Source: a virus. Taken from it: 64,000 nucleotides of DNA. Under the pieces are notes generated by a model, which was given only the letters and a program-made list of their open reading frames with translations, did no database searches and was not told the DNA's origin. The DNA lies in the IMG/VR virus record IMGVR_UViG_3300047560_000604, positions 69,467 to 133,466 of that record; one strand, written 5' to 3'. The translations under genes were made by a program, and so were the position numbers. Of the stretch, positions 26,471 to 36,600 are shown piece after piece (position 1 is the first letter of the stretch; every line of letters starts with the position of its first letter).

Positions 26471-27253
26471 TTATGAGTACAGTTTAAGTACATGCTCAAT
26501 GATTCTATGTCTTTGAACATCTTTTAGTTCAAAATGGCATAGTTGCAACCCTGGAATCACCCCCTTTCTCAATCGATTTTGTAAGTCTAGTAGCCCATTG
26601 TCGGCTGTTTTTCTATCGGCTTGTTCAATGTCACCAGTAATTACAATCTTACTGTTAACGCCGATTCTAGTCATAATCATTTTGAGTTGACCAGGTGTTG
26701 CATTTTGAGCTTCATCTAATATGATCCAGCTGTTCTTAAAGTTTCGACCTCGACAGAATGCTAGGGGTGCAATTTCCACTATCTGTTCTTCTAGCATGTG
26801 GGCGATATCCGCTGCTGTATAATACTCTCTCAATACATCAAGCAAAGGTCTTGTCCATGGTTCCATCTTTTGATTAATATCCCCCGGTAAGAACCCGTGT
26901 TGTTCATCTTCTACTCCGATAGCAGGTCTAGACAAGATGATACGGTCACATTCACCTGACTTTAGAGCCTTAATAGCTGCTAACATAGCCAGATAAGTTT
27001 TACCTGTTCCTGCTGGTCCACCGACGACTACGATATCTGTATTCTCGTCAGTAAGTGCTAGGATGTATTTCTCTTGGTTAACCGATTTTGGAATCAAATT
27101 GATAGGTTTCTTATCAAGTTTGAATCTTGCTTGGTCAAAGTTGATTGTTTTTGATTCTTTCACATAGAATGTCTGTGTATCATGTTTTTTACTGTGTGCG
27201 TAACGTGTATCTTGTTCCTGTTTGCGTAAAGCGCCTGTTTTTCTCTTGCTCAA
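26471..27253 (-). CDS. phoH: PhoH-like ATPase
   Basis: GPAGTGKT, SRP, GFLPG, RGRNF, DEAQN, GDIEQAD. Start moved to TTG 27253 (AAGGAG RBS); TAAATA on - strand at 27298-27303. Confidence 0.92.
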   Translation of the reverse strand: MSKRKTGALRKQEQDTRYAHSKKHDTQTFYVKESKTINFDQARFKLDKKPINLIPKSVNQEKYILALTDENTDIVVVGGPAGTGKTYLAMLAAIKALKSGECDRIILSRPAIGVEDEQHGFLPGDINQKMEPWTRPLLDVLREYYTAADIAHMLEEQIVEIAPLAFCRGRNFKNSWIILDEAQNATPGQLKMIMTRIGVNSKIVITGDIEQADRKTADNGLLDLQNRLRKGVIPGLQLCHFELKDVQRHRIIEHVLKLYS

Positions 27254-27423
27254 AGCATTCTCCTTTTGTCGAGCCGTGTTCTCATAAAACACAAAGATAT
27301 TTAAATCATGTTAAACCACGCAATGTAGTGTACTTTAAACGCAAAAAAATATGATAAATATTAAGCTAACCCCAAAGTTCCTTAATTGCTTCTTATCGTT
27401 GCAACAATGATAAATACTAAACT

Positions 27424-28056
27424 ATGAGCAATCCTTCAGACGAATTTTTCAATGACATTGACTACCCTAGTATCATTGATACTATTAAGGGAATTTACAC
27501 CAGCGACGGAACAATGAACACGTTGCTAGATTTTGAACGTGTATTAGACGAATCAGATTTGTATGCCTACCGCAACTGGGAACTAGGTGAACTTGTCGCA
27601 GGCCCTGACGTTAGACGCTACGATGTATCTTGTACATTCATGTATCCGTTGAAACTTATGCCCGATCCAAGCGGAGCAAAGAGACTACTGAGTGTTGGTT
27701 GCGACATTAAATTCAAAAAGACAAAGATTAAAGTTCCCGTAGAGATTAAAGATCCAGGCGACTATAAACCCGGAACACATTACCCAAAGATGGTAGAGCG
27801 TGAAGTTTGGTTAGTTCGTATCGAAATGCCAAAAGAATTGATGAATGATATTCGTGAGGGATCAATCGACTTAGCTGGTCAGACAATTGACTTATCTGAC
27901 TTAGATACAGCTTACGATGATGATTTAGATAAAGAAAGTAACGAGACTGAGGACAACCAAGAAGGCGGAATGCCAGGTCCTGATATGGGAATGGGCAGCG
28001 GAATGCCACCAGCACCAGGCGGCGGAATGCCACCAGCACCCGGAGGGATGATGTAA
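27424..28056 (+). CDS. Hypothetical late protein with Gly/Met/Pro tail
   Basis: ATAAATA 27410-27416; 24-bp tandem repeat (27998-28040) encoding GMPPAPG(G). Confidence 0.8.
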   Translation: MSNPSDEFFNDIDYPSIIDTIKGIYTSDGTMNTLLDFERVLDESDLYAYRNWELGELVAGPDVRRYDVSCTFMYPLKLMPDPSGAKRLLSVGCDIKFKKTKIKVPVEIKDPGDYKPGTHYPKMVEREVWLVRIEMPKELMNDIREGSIDLAGQTIDLSDLDTAYDDDLDKESNETEDNQEGGMPGPDMGMGSGMPPAPGGGMPPAPGGMM

Positions 28057-28595
28057 TGACTAGACTATTACTTGAAGGGTTTGATTACCATGATCTAGTA
28101 GGTCAATTGGTGCCCGAGATTACAGTTGACGAGTATGCTGCTAAAATGGGCTCGGATGATGAAATTGTCACACTTGCGTTTACTGTAAAAGGTAGACAAG
28201 TAGGTGAAGACTTAGTTGACTGGTTAGAGCGCGGGTATGATTATGTACTTGATGCTCAAGTGTCAGAAGGTGAAATCAGTCCGGGTAAGTTCCTAGTGTT
28301 TGTTGAGTTGAATCGCAGAACTAGTGTACCTGAAAGAATCTGTGAAATGATTGAAGATTTAAAAACATTGACAGACATGCCCCTAAAGGATTGGACTGTA
28401 ACTGTTAATGATGAAGACTATGATGCTGACGTAGACCAACTAAAGTCAGTAATCATTTTAAGTCCACAGAAGTATAGAGAAGAAAAAGAAACAGACTTAA
28501 ACGAAATGCGTGAGTTGTCTGGCGTCGGTGCAAAGAAAATGTATGGTGCACCAGACGCAGCATTGAAAGAGTTTTTAGCAAAGGCAGGATTATAA
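28056..28595 (+). CDS. Hypothetical protein (179 aa)
   Basis: Coupled ORF; MTRLLLE start. Confidence 0.8.
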   Translation: MTRLLLEGFDYHDLVGQLVPEITVDEYAAKMGSDDEIVTLAFTVKGRQVGEDLVDWLERGYDYVLDAQVSEGEISPGKFLVFVELNRRTSVPERICEMIEDLKTLTDMPLKDWTVTVNDEDYDADVDQLKSVIILSPQKYREEKETDLNEMRELSGVGAKKMYGAPDAALKEFLAKAGL

Positions 28596-28596
28596 T

Positions 28597-29214
28597 ATGG
28601 CAACAACATTAATGGCAAGAAAAGCAGGTCAAGAGAATCCAATCGCAACTGATGATGACCATCATGAAGCGTTGGCAGCCGATCCAGCAGTAACAGCCTT
28701 CCCGACAGGGAGTTCATTCGGAGCATCAAATGGTTTCAACACAGCAACAGCCGGCTCTTTCGGCACAACAACGCCAGCAACAGGAGGGGGTTTCGGATCT
28801 ACTCCACCTGCAGGAGGTTTTGGCGGTGGAAGCTCAGGCTTTGGCGCTCAGACAACAGGAGCAACAACAATGTCTCAACAACCAAACCAAGCAGACTTAC
28901 TAAAAAGTGGCGGTGGCGCAATGTCAGAGGGCGGTGAATCTACTGTAGCATTGGACAAAGACGCAACTGATTGGATCAACAAGAAATGGCGCCCAGTTAT
29001 GGGTTGGGTGTACATGATGACATGTACATGTGATTTTGTATTGTTCCCAGTATTATGGTCATTGTTACAAGCAATGACACACGGTAACGTTACAAGTCAA
29101 TGGCAACCATTAACACTTCAAGGTGCTGGTCTATACCACATTGCAATGGGTGCTGTTCTTGGTATCGCTGCTTATGGCAGAACAAAAGAAAAAATCGAAG
29201 GCGCGGCAAAATAA
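28597..29214 (+). CDS. Holin, 3TM (GTA-type) family, with Gly/Thr-rich N-terminal extension
   Basis: KWRPVMGWVYM...FPVLW...WQPLTL...GAVLGIAAYGRTKEK pattern with hydrophobic segments. Confidence 0.7.
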   Translation: MATTLMARKAGQENPIATDDDHHEALAADPAVTAFPTGSSFGASNGFNTATAGSFGTTTPATGGGFGSTPPAGGFGGGSSGFGAQTTGATTMSQQPNQADLLKSGGGAMSEGGESTVALDKDATDWINKKWRPVMGWVYMMTCTCDFVLFPVLWSLLQAMTHGNVTSQWQPLTLQGAGLYHIAMGAVLGIAAYGRTKEKIEGAAK

Positions 29215-29217
29215 ATA

Positions 29218-29246
29218 TTGACTTAGCAGACTAACTCTGCTATACT
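29218..29246 (+). promoter_or_regulatory. sigma70-type promoter, probably leaderless, with palindromic spacer
   Basis: TTGACT, 17 nt (AGCAGA-CTAAC-TCTGCT inverted repeat), TATACT; ATG 29254 is 7 nt after the -10. Confidence 0.8.
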
Positions 29247-29253
29247 CAATATT

Positions 29254-30048
29254 ATGACTGACCACTATTCAACATTGGGGGTAGCCAAAAACGCTACCCC
29301 CGACGACATTAAGAAAGCCTATCGCAGGCTCGCAGCAATTCATCACCCAGATAAAGGTGGTGATACTGCTGAATTTCAAAAGGTACAAGCTGCCTACGAA
29401 ACACTAAGCGACCCCCAAAAGAAACAAGAATACGATAACCCAAATCCATTCAGTGGACAAGGTGGGATGCCCGGAGGGTTCCACTTCAACATGAATGGGT
29501 TCGACATGAACGACATTTTTGGGCAAATGTTTGGAGGACGCCCAGGTGGGTTTAGACCACAACCACCTAGCTATCGCACGACTGTTTGGGTAACGTTAGA
29601 ACAAGCATTTAACGGAGATGAACAGGTATTGCAGTTTAATGACCATACTGGACCTAAGGTAGTTAAGATCCAAATCCCCCGGGGGGTTGAGAACGGTCAA
29701 ACAATGCGCTATGACAACTTGATTCCGAATAGCATCTTATTAGTAGAGTTTAGAATTCATCCACATGCAAAGTTTGAACGTGAGGGTCCTCATCTATACT
29801 CAGTACACGAGATAGACATTTTCGATTTGATTGTGGGTTCGAAGTTTGAGTTCACTACAATTTCGGGTAAAACGTTAGAAGTAACAGTACCGCCTAGAAC
29901 ACAACCTGGAAGCAAATTACGTTTACCGAAAAACGGATTGCCAGTAAATGGTGATTTTGGTGACCAATATATCTTGCTAAAACCCTTCATTCCAGATATA
30001 ATTGATTCTCGTATAACTGATAGCATTTTGCAATCCAAATCAAAGTAA
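29254..30048 (+). CDS. dnaJ: DnaJ/CbpA-type co-chaperone (no zinc finger)
   Basis: J-domain with HPDKGG, G/F-rich linker, C-terminal domain (VTVPPRTQPG, GDQY). Confidence 0.9.
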   Translation: MTDHYSTLGVAKNATPDDIKKAYRRLAAIHHPDKGGDTAEFQKVQAAYETLSDPQKKQEYDNPNPFSGQGGMPGGFHFNMNGFDMNDIFGQMFGGRPGGFRPQPPSYRTTVWVTLEQAFNGDEQVLQFNDHTGPKVVKIQIPRGVENGQTMRYDNLIPNSILLVEFRIHPHAKFEREGPHLYSVHEIDIFDLIVGSKFEFTTISGKTLEVTVPPRTQPGSKLRLPKNGLPVNGDFGDQYILLKPFIPDIIDSRITDSILQSKSK

Positions 30049-30072
30049 ACACCATTTTTAACAAGGAAATAC

Positions 30073-32349
30073 ATGAACACTCCTGAAATTGAAGCTATTA
30101 TCGAACAAGCGGTAAATTTGGCTAAAGAACGCAGCCACGAATACTGCACGATAGAGCATTTGTTGCTATCACTAATGACACATGCACCGTTTAAGAAGTG
30201 TGTTGATACGTTTGGGGCAGACTCAGACACCTTGGTGAAAGAGCTTTCATTGTATGTGGACAACCTACATTCTATTGAAGCAAAAGACTTGCAAGGTCAA
30301 GAGATTCAACCTAAGAAGACGACAGGTCTTGAGCGTGTGATTAACCGATCAATTACGCAAGTATTGTTTACTGGTCGTAAGCAAGTAACTACTATTGACT
30401 TGTACCTGTCAATTGCCGCAGAAGGTAATAGTCATGCACATTATTTCTTGTTGAAGTACGGTATCAGTAAAAATGAGTTCATCCCATTCTGGCAGAAACA
30501 CTATAAAACTGATGAAACACACAGTAAGTTGTCAGAATCACAAGCAGACGACATTCTGGAAGAATACACAACTAACTTGTCAGAGTTGGCACGTACTTCT
30601 AAACTAGAACCAATGATCGGGCGTCACACAGAAGTTGACGAAATCGTTAACGTGTTGGCTAAACGATTCAAGAGTAACGTATTGATGGTGGGTGATCCTG
30701 GTGTAGGTAAGACTGCTATTGCTGAAGGTCTTGCACAAAAGATCACCGCAGGTGAATGCCCAGAGTTCTTGAAAGACCACGATGTATACTCAGTTGAAGT
30801 GGGCGCATTGCTTGCCGGCTCTAAGTATCGTGGTGACTTTGAAGAAAAGATTAAAGCAGTTATCGAAGCACTTTCTACCAAGAAGAAAGCAATCTTATTC
30901 ATTGACGAAGCACACACAATGAAGGGTTCAGGTAATGCAAACAACGGTGGTGTTGACTTTGCTAACATGCTTAAGCCAGCTATCACAAAAGGTTACTTGA
31001 AAGTTATCGCAAGTACAACTTGGGAAGAGTACTACGAATCGTTTGAGAAGGATCGTGCATTGATGCGCCGATTCTACAAAGTATCAATTGATGAACCTAG
31101 CAATGAGAATACGATTAAGATTCTTACCGGTCTAAGTACACGTTTGAATGACTTCCATGACGTTAAAATCACAGATGAAGCAATCAAAGCGGCAGTTGAA
31201 TCTGCTACTCGTTATATTCATGACCGTAAGAATCCAGACAAGAGTATTGACTTGCTAGATGCGGCTTGTGCTAAACAACGTGTCGCTGGTAACAAAGGTG
31301 TTGATATCACTAAGGAACTTATCTACGAACAAGTTGAGCGTATCGCAGGTGTCCCTGCTGATAAACTTGACAATGACAGTTACGAACGTATCGAAAACCT
31401 TGAATCTAACGTTAAAGACAAGTTGTATGGTCAAGAAGAAACAGTCAACAAAGTGCTTGAACGTATCTATGTTAGTTTTGCAGGTATCAGTACGATGACT
31501 AAGCCATTAGCAAGTTTCTTGTTCTTGGGCCCAACTGGTACAGGTAAAACTGAACTAGCACGTTTGTTGAGTGAGAATCTTGACATGCCATTACTCAAAT
31601 ATGACATGTCAGAATACAGTGAAAAGTTCAACGTAAGTTCATTGCTAGGTGCACCTCCCGGATATGTAGGTTACGGTGAAGGTAACTTAGGTGGTGGTAA
31701 ACTCATCAACGACTTGAGTAAGAACCCACACAGTATCTTGTTGTTTGACGAAGTTGAAAAGGCTCACCCAGATATCTTTAACGTGTTCTTGCAATTGCTT
31801 GACGACGGTAAAGTTACTGGAACTAACGGTAAATCAGTTAATGCTAAGAACTGTATCATTATTATGACTAGTAACTTGGGTTCTGCTGATAGCGAAAAAG
31901 CAGTGATTGGTTTTGGTAGCAACGAACGCACAGGTGAAGATGACAAAGCGTTGAAAGAGTTCTTTAAACCTGAATTCCGTAATCGTATTGACTTGGTCTG
32001 TAAGTTTGGTAAACTAGACACATTGGCTATCAAGAAGATTGTGGTTAAGTTCACTGACGACTTGAAGAAGTCTTTGAAAGATGCTCACGAAATCACATTG
32101 AATCTGTCTGAACCAGTTGTTGAGTTCTTAGCAGACAAAGGATATGATCCTAAGATGGGAGCACGTCCTCTGGCACGTAAGATTGATGAACTAGTCCGAG
32201 TACCGTTGAGTAAGAAGATTTTGTTCGAACGTATAAAAAACTCTACAATCAATACACGTATTGAGAATGATGAAATCGTGTTTGACGTAGTACCAAAATT
32301 AGTAACGAAAGTTGGAGAAGATGGCATCATTGAAGTCGCATCCGAATAA
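30073..32349 (+). CDS. clpA: ClpA-type Hsp100 ATPase
   Basis: Clp N-domain, Walker A GDPGVGKT and GPTGTGKT, PDKSIDLLD, GAPPGYVG, IGF loop; 758 aa with no ClpB M-domain. Confidence 0.9.
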   Translation: MNTPEIEAIIEQAVNLAKERSHEYCTIEHLLLSLMTHAPFKKCVDTFGADSDTLVKELSLYVDNLHSIEAKDLQGQEIQPKKTTGLERVINRSITQVLFTGRKQVTTIDLYLSIAAEGNSHAHYFLLKYGISKNEFIPFWQKHYKTDETHSKLSESQADDILEEYTTNLSELARTSKLEPMIGRHTEVDEIVNVLAKRFKSNVLMVGDPGVGKTAIAEGLAQKITAGECPEFLKDHDVYSVEVGALLAGSKYRGDFEEKIKAVIEALSTKKKAILFIDEAHTMKGSGNANNGGVDFANMLKPAITKGYLKVIASTTWEEYYESFEKDRALMRRFYKVSIDEPSNENTIKILTGLSTRLNDFHDVKITDEAIKAAVESATRYIHDRKNPDKSIDLLDAACAKQRVAGNKGVDITKELIYEQVERIAGVPADKLDNDSYERIENLESNVKDKLYGQEETVNKVLERIYVSFAGISTMTKPLASFLFLGPTGTGKTELARLLSENLDMPLLKYDMSEYSEKFNVSSLLGAPPGYVGYGEGNLGGGKLINDLSKNPHSILLFDEVEKAHPDIFNVFLQLLDDGKVTGTNGKSVNAKNCIIIMTSNLGSADSEKAVIGFGSNERTGEDDKALKEFFKPEFRNRIDLVCKFGKLDTLAIKKIVVKFTDDLKKSLKDAHEITLNLSEPVVEFLADKGYDPKMGARPLARKIDELVRVPLSKKILFERIKNSTINTRIENDEIVFDVVPKLVTKVGEDGIIEVASE

Positions 32350-33058
32350 AAATGTCACTGGGGTTGACTACGTAGACGAGCGTAGCACCCTCTACTATGG
32401 TAAGTATAACTATCGAGCCAGACTGACTCTTGAGGGATTGAATCGCACATACTCAGTGAAGACATTCCCTGAGTTCAAGAAGTTGATTGCAAAACAGTCA
32501 ATGTATTCAGGAAATCGTGGTAAACGAATCAAAGAAGAAATTGACAAGATTGACTTACCTAGTATTGAGCGTTATCTAGTATACAAACAAGCTAACGCTA
32601 AGAATAATGTTAGTTTTCGAGTCGAAGATGGAACTGCTGCGGTATTCAGTAACGACTTGAATCTGCTTAAGGAACTTGAAAATATTGCACCGGGAATTGG
32701 TAAAGTAGATTATACTGAGATTGACCAGTCAATCCCTCAGGGTACGAAATACTATGTCAAAAAACCACCGCATAACTATCGTGTTTACCTCAAAAGCAAA
32801 CGAATTGACGAAAACACAAAAGATGGGTTGCGTAGGTTCATTGACAGATACAAAGATACAGGCACAGTTGTTGTCCCTAGCAACTCATTCAGTATTTGGT
32901 TAAACCCCGGTCAAAAGTCAACTTGGTACTGGAATGCTTTGTATATGTCTAGTCATTATTACATTGATTTTGACGAAGAAAGCACAGATACATTGTTTTC
33001 TATTATGTTTGGGGACTTGATTCATCGCAGATATAAACTTGAGAAACGTCCAGAATGA
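32321..33058 (+). CDS. Hypothetical protein
   Basis: Track ORF from TTG 32312; ATG 32321 has a GGAG RBS. Confidence 0.75.
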   Translation: MASLKSHPNKNVTGVDYVDERSTLYYGKYNYRARLTLEGLNRTYSVKTFPEFKKLIAKQSMYSGNRGKRIKEEIDKIDLPSIERYLVYKQANAKNNVSFRVEDGTAAVFSNDLNLLKELENIAPGIGKVDYTEIDQSIPQGTKYYVKKPPHNYRVYLKSKRIDENTKDGLRRFIDRYKDTGTVVVPSNSFSIWLNPGQKSTWYWNALYMSSHYYIDFDEESTDTLFSIMFGDLIHRRYKLEKRPE

Positions 33059-33064
33059 TAAATA
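33058..33064 (+). promoter_or_regulatory. T4-like late promoter motif heading the cargo island
   Basis: ATAAATA; GGAG RBS before ATG 33086. Confidence 0.7.
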
Positions 33065-33085
33065 CTCTATTAATGGAGTATTTTC

Positions 33086-33253
33086 ATGGCAAAGATTGTA
33101 GAAGAAGTTGTAGTAATCAAACTAAGCAAATTAGTTAAAGAAAACACCGAACATACTGGTTTAATCGCCAGTAATGAAGTGTGTGAATCATTAGAGCAAG
33201 TTGCCCAAGAACTTGCCGGTGATGGTGTAGTTGTAGAAGTGGTACGAGCATAA
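33086..33253 (+). CDS. Small hypothetical protein (55 aa)
   Basis: Below track cut-off: MAKIVEEVVVIKLSKLVKENTEHTGLIASNEVCESLEQVAQELAGDGVVVEVVRA; TAATG overlap with next gene. Confidence 0.8.
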   Translation: MAKIVEEVVVIKLSKLVKENTEHTGLIASNEVCESLEQVAQELAGDGVVVEVVRA

Positions 33254-33633
33254 TGTCACAATCAACTGTACAAATCCTATTACCACAGACTACAGTTACG
33301 TCATTAACTCGTGGCGATAAAAAGCCAGCTGCCGCTTATTATCTAGCTAATGCGGATTTGCAAACAGTTTCTTGGAGTGTTACTGGTATGACTGGTACTG
33401 TCACCATTCAAGCTAGTCTAGCAACAGACCCAGTATTAACGAATGACAACGACTGGTTTAATGTATTCACATTCAATGCCAGCGCTGTAGTATCTTTGCC
33501 CAATCAACCATTACCTGCAACACAAGCAGGTACCCATTCTGGATTTCATAACTTGCCAGGTAACTTTATCTGGCTGAGAGCAGTAGTTACTGGTAGCTTG
33601 GGTGTAGTTCAATATATCAAGGTTAGCTACTAA
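33253..33633 (+). CDS. Hypothetical beta-rich late protein
   Basis: Coupled ORF; alternating hydrophobic pattern. Confidence 0.7.
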   Translation: MSQSTVQILLPQTTVTSLTRGDKKPAAAYYLANADLQTVSWSVTGMTGTVTIQASLATDPVLTNDNDWFNVFTFNASAVVSLPNQPLPATQAGTHSGFHNLPGNFIWLRAVVTGSLGVVQYIKVSY

Positions 33634-36600
33634 TGAGTTTAATTGTCATCATGCCAGGGGGTTTTCACCCGTTTCACGCAGGACATATGTCATTGTACAA
33701 CAGTGCAAAAGAAGCATTTCCTGGTGCTGAATTATATGTAGCTGCTACAAATGATATGAGTGAAAGACCATTTCCTTTTAGCATCAAAGAAAAATTAGCT
33801 AAGTTAGCTGGAGTACAACCCGGGCATTTTATACAAGTTAAGAGCCCGTTCCAAGCCAAAGAAATTACTCAGAATTTTAATCCTGAACAAGACGTATTAG
33901 TATTTGTTCGTAGTGAAAAAGATAAGAACGAAAGTCCTAAACCTGGTGGCATGAAGAAGGATGGAAGTCCCGCATATTTTCAGCCGTTAGAAGGTAACAA
34001 AGATAAGTTACAGCCATTCGGTAAACATGCTTACTTTGCATATTTACCTACAGTGAAGTTTGGTCCTGGTATTACTAGTGCTACTGAAATTCGCAACGCA
34101 TGGCCAACCTTAAATGAAAAACGCAAACTAGCAATGGTTATGAGTTTGTATCCTGTTACTCAACAGAAGCCGCAACTTGCAAAGAATGTAGTTAAGTTAT
34201 TAGATGCTGGTATGAGTGGTCAGCCACTGAGTGAATCACTAGATGGAAAAAACATAGATAAAGCAAATCAAGTAGCATCTATGCTTTATGCAGTCAAACC
34301 AGAACTATTCAAACGATTCGGTGATGAATATGTCATGGATAAAATTGAACAATGCGTAGCTCAATGCGGTCCAGATAGTGCATCTGCTCAAATTGCTACA
34401 GAAGTTGTGCGTAGTCTAATAGATGAATTAAAAGAAGCAATTCAGCAACCACAAAAACAGGACGACAGTGGTGGTTACATGAAGTATTTTGCTAAACCCA
34501 AAGAACCTAAACCAACCCCAGAAAAAAGATTTAACAGTTGGGATGAATACGAACAATCAAAGGACGTTAAACAACCACAGCCTGAATTAGAAGAGGCACG
34601 TATCATGGATCGTGATGCGTTGATTAATGCTTTCTATGTCTCACCGGAAGGCAGGAAGCATAGAGTTGCAGAAAAGATTCCATACTATTTGCTAGACAAG
34701 TTAGTTGGTCTACTGACTAAGAAATACAATATCACTATGAACGATATTGAAGTTCGTCCTGCCGATCAATCACAATATCGTAGAAGCACACAATTAGACG
34801 AATTCGCTCCAGACGAAGGTGGTGGATCACGTAAGTTTATTCCTTGGACAGAGTTTATTGAACAACTAAAACAAATCTTACACAAAGACTTTAACTGTGT
34901 AGAAAACATTGTTAAGTCTACAATCAAAGCACGATTCGTTCCACACGATCCAATGGAGTTTGGTCCAACAATGCTTTACTCATACTATGAGACTAGAGCA
35001 GGTGGCCGCAACAAGGGTGCTATTAGCACACGCGGTAGTATTCAAGTCGGTAAGTATTTTACAGGTGGATTGTTTGGGCAAGAAGAAAAACGACTACTTA
35101 CAAGTTTCAATTTGTTAAAAGGTCATCCTTTTGAGCGTCACTTTGATTTGACATTTGACAACATCTATAAGATTGCTAATATCATTCAAGGCAATACTGA
35201 AGGTGCTTTAGAGTTTCAGCCACAACAAAAAGTAAACGAATTCGCCCCGAGTCCAGAGTTTAATGGCGGTGACGATGAAGGTGATAAGGCTCCTAACTAT
35301 GCCTATGATGATGGTATGGCAAAAGGTTTTGGATTGAGCGATAACATGACTCTTGATAGAGCAATGAAAATCAATAGTTGGTCTGGTGAGCATGTTCCAC
35401 ATTTCATTGCTGGTTTTATCGAAGGTCGTCGTGCTAAGATTCGCATGGATAAGAAACAACATGGAATTGTTGGCAAGTTAATGAAAGATGGCAGCATCAA
35501 GCAAAAGCAACTAGACGAATTTGCTCCAAATGGATTTGATGGCTTTGAAGATGACAACAGAGTTCCAATGCACTTTGTCGTTGAAAAAGAATTGTATAAC
35601 CGTCGTAGTAAGTGGAAGAAGTCTAGAGATGCTGATGGCGTTATCTTATTTGCTACTAAACAGGAAGCAATTCAAGCCGCAGAAAAGTTCAACAAGCTAG
35701 ATCCAAATCGTGAATTTGCTTACGGTGGAACACAGATGGTTCATGTAGATGATGACTTAGATGAAAACACATCCGGTGTTAGCGTTAAGAAATGGGCTAA
35801 TCAAGTTCGCAAAGAGCATGGCGCGGATGTTAAGTTTAGAAATCGCAAAGAAGGCGGCGGAGCAGTTGACAGTGTAATTGCTAAGAATAGTCAAGGTGAA
35901 ACAGTGGGTGTGTATAATCGCAAGACTGGTTACCCCACTGTTTACGAACCAAAGCAAGGTTTAGAAGAAAATTTTGACGCACAAGAGTTTCACCGTCATA
36001 TGGAAAAACTCAGAGCAAGAGAAGAATTGCGTAAGACTGATCCAATGAAAGCATTGGTGGGAGACTTGATTGATAAAGAGAACGAAAAGCGTACTCCTGC
36101 TAAAAAGCCGGAAGACGATTCAATCAACATCAACGATCCTCGTCATCCTAGCTATGGTGCTTTACATAACCCATTAAGTGATTTGAATGAAGGTTCTGAA
36201 ATTGCACAGCCAGGCCAACTTGTTTCAATTATTCAAGCTCCAAGAATCTTAGACTTGTTACCAGGTGAGACATTTGAAGTTCGTTCTAGTAATGAACAGG
36301 GTGTAACATTAAAGCATGGTATGGGAACAAAGTTTGACAACGTTATATTCCCACACGGGACATACAAGATTGTAAAAGCGCAAGGTATGAAAGAAAACAT
36401 CGGACGTAGAGGTATTCTTAAAGGCTTAGGAGCAGCAATGGCCGCAGGTGCAGCAGGTAAAGCAAGTGCAATCGCGGGAGCTTTTCCAACACCAAGTCAT
36501 CAAGCTGCAATGTACAAAGCAGCCGCTGATAGTAACAGAGCACAAGCTCGTGCTGATGCTGCCGAGAAAGCAAAAGCTGATGCTGAACGTTTACAAAAGA

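Noticed and set aside
27998-28040. 24-bp tandem repeat as a contingency locus
   Set aside because: Two in-frame copies in a low-complexity Gly/Met/Pro tail; copy change would not shift the frame.
29790-30263. 157-aa - strand ORF across dnaJ/clpA, considered as a possible clpS
   Set aside because: Overlaps two well-supported genes in antisense and has no ClpS motif.
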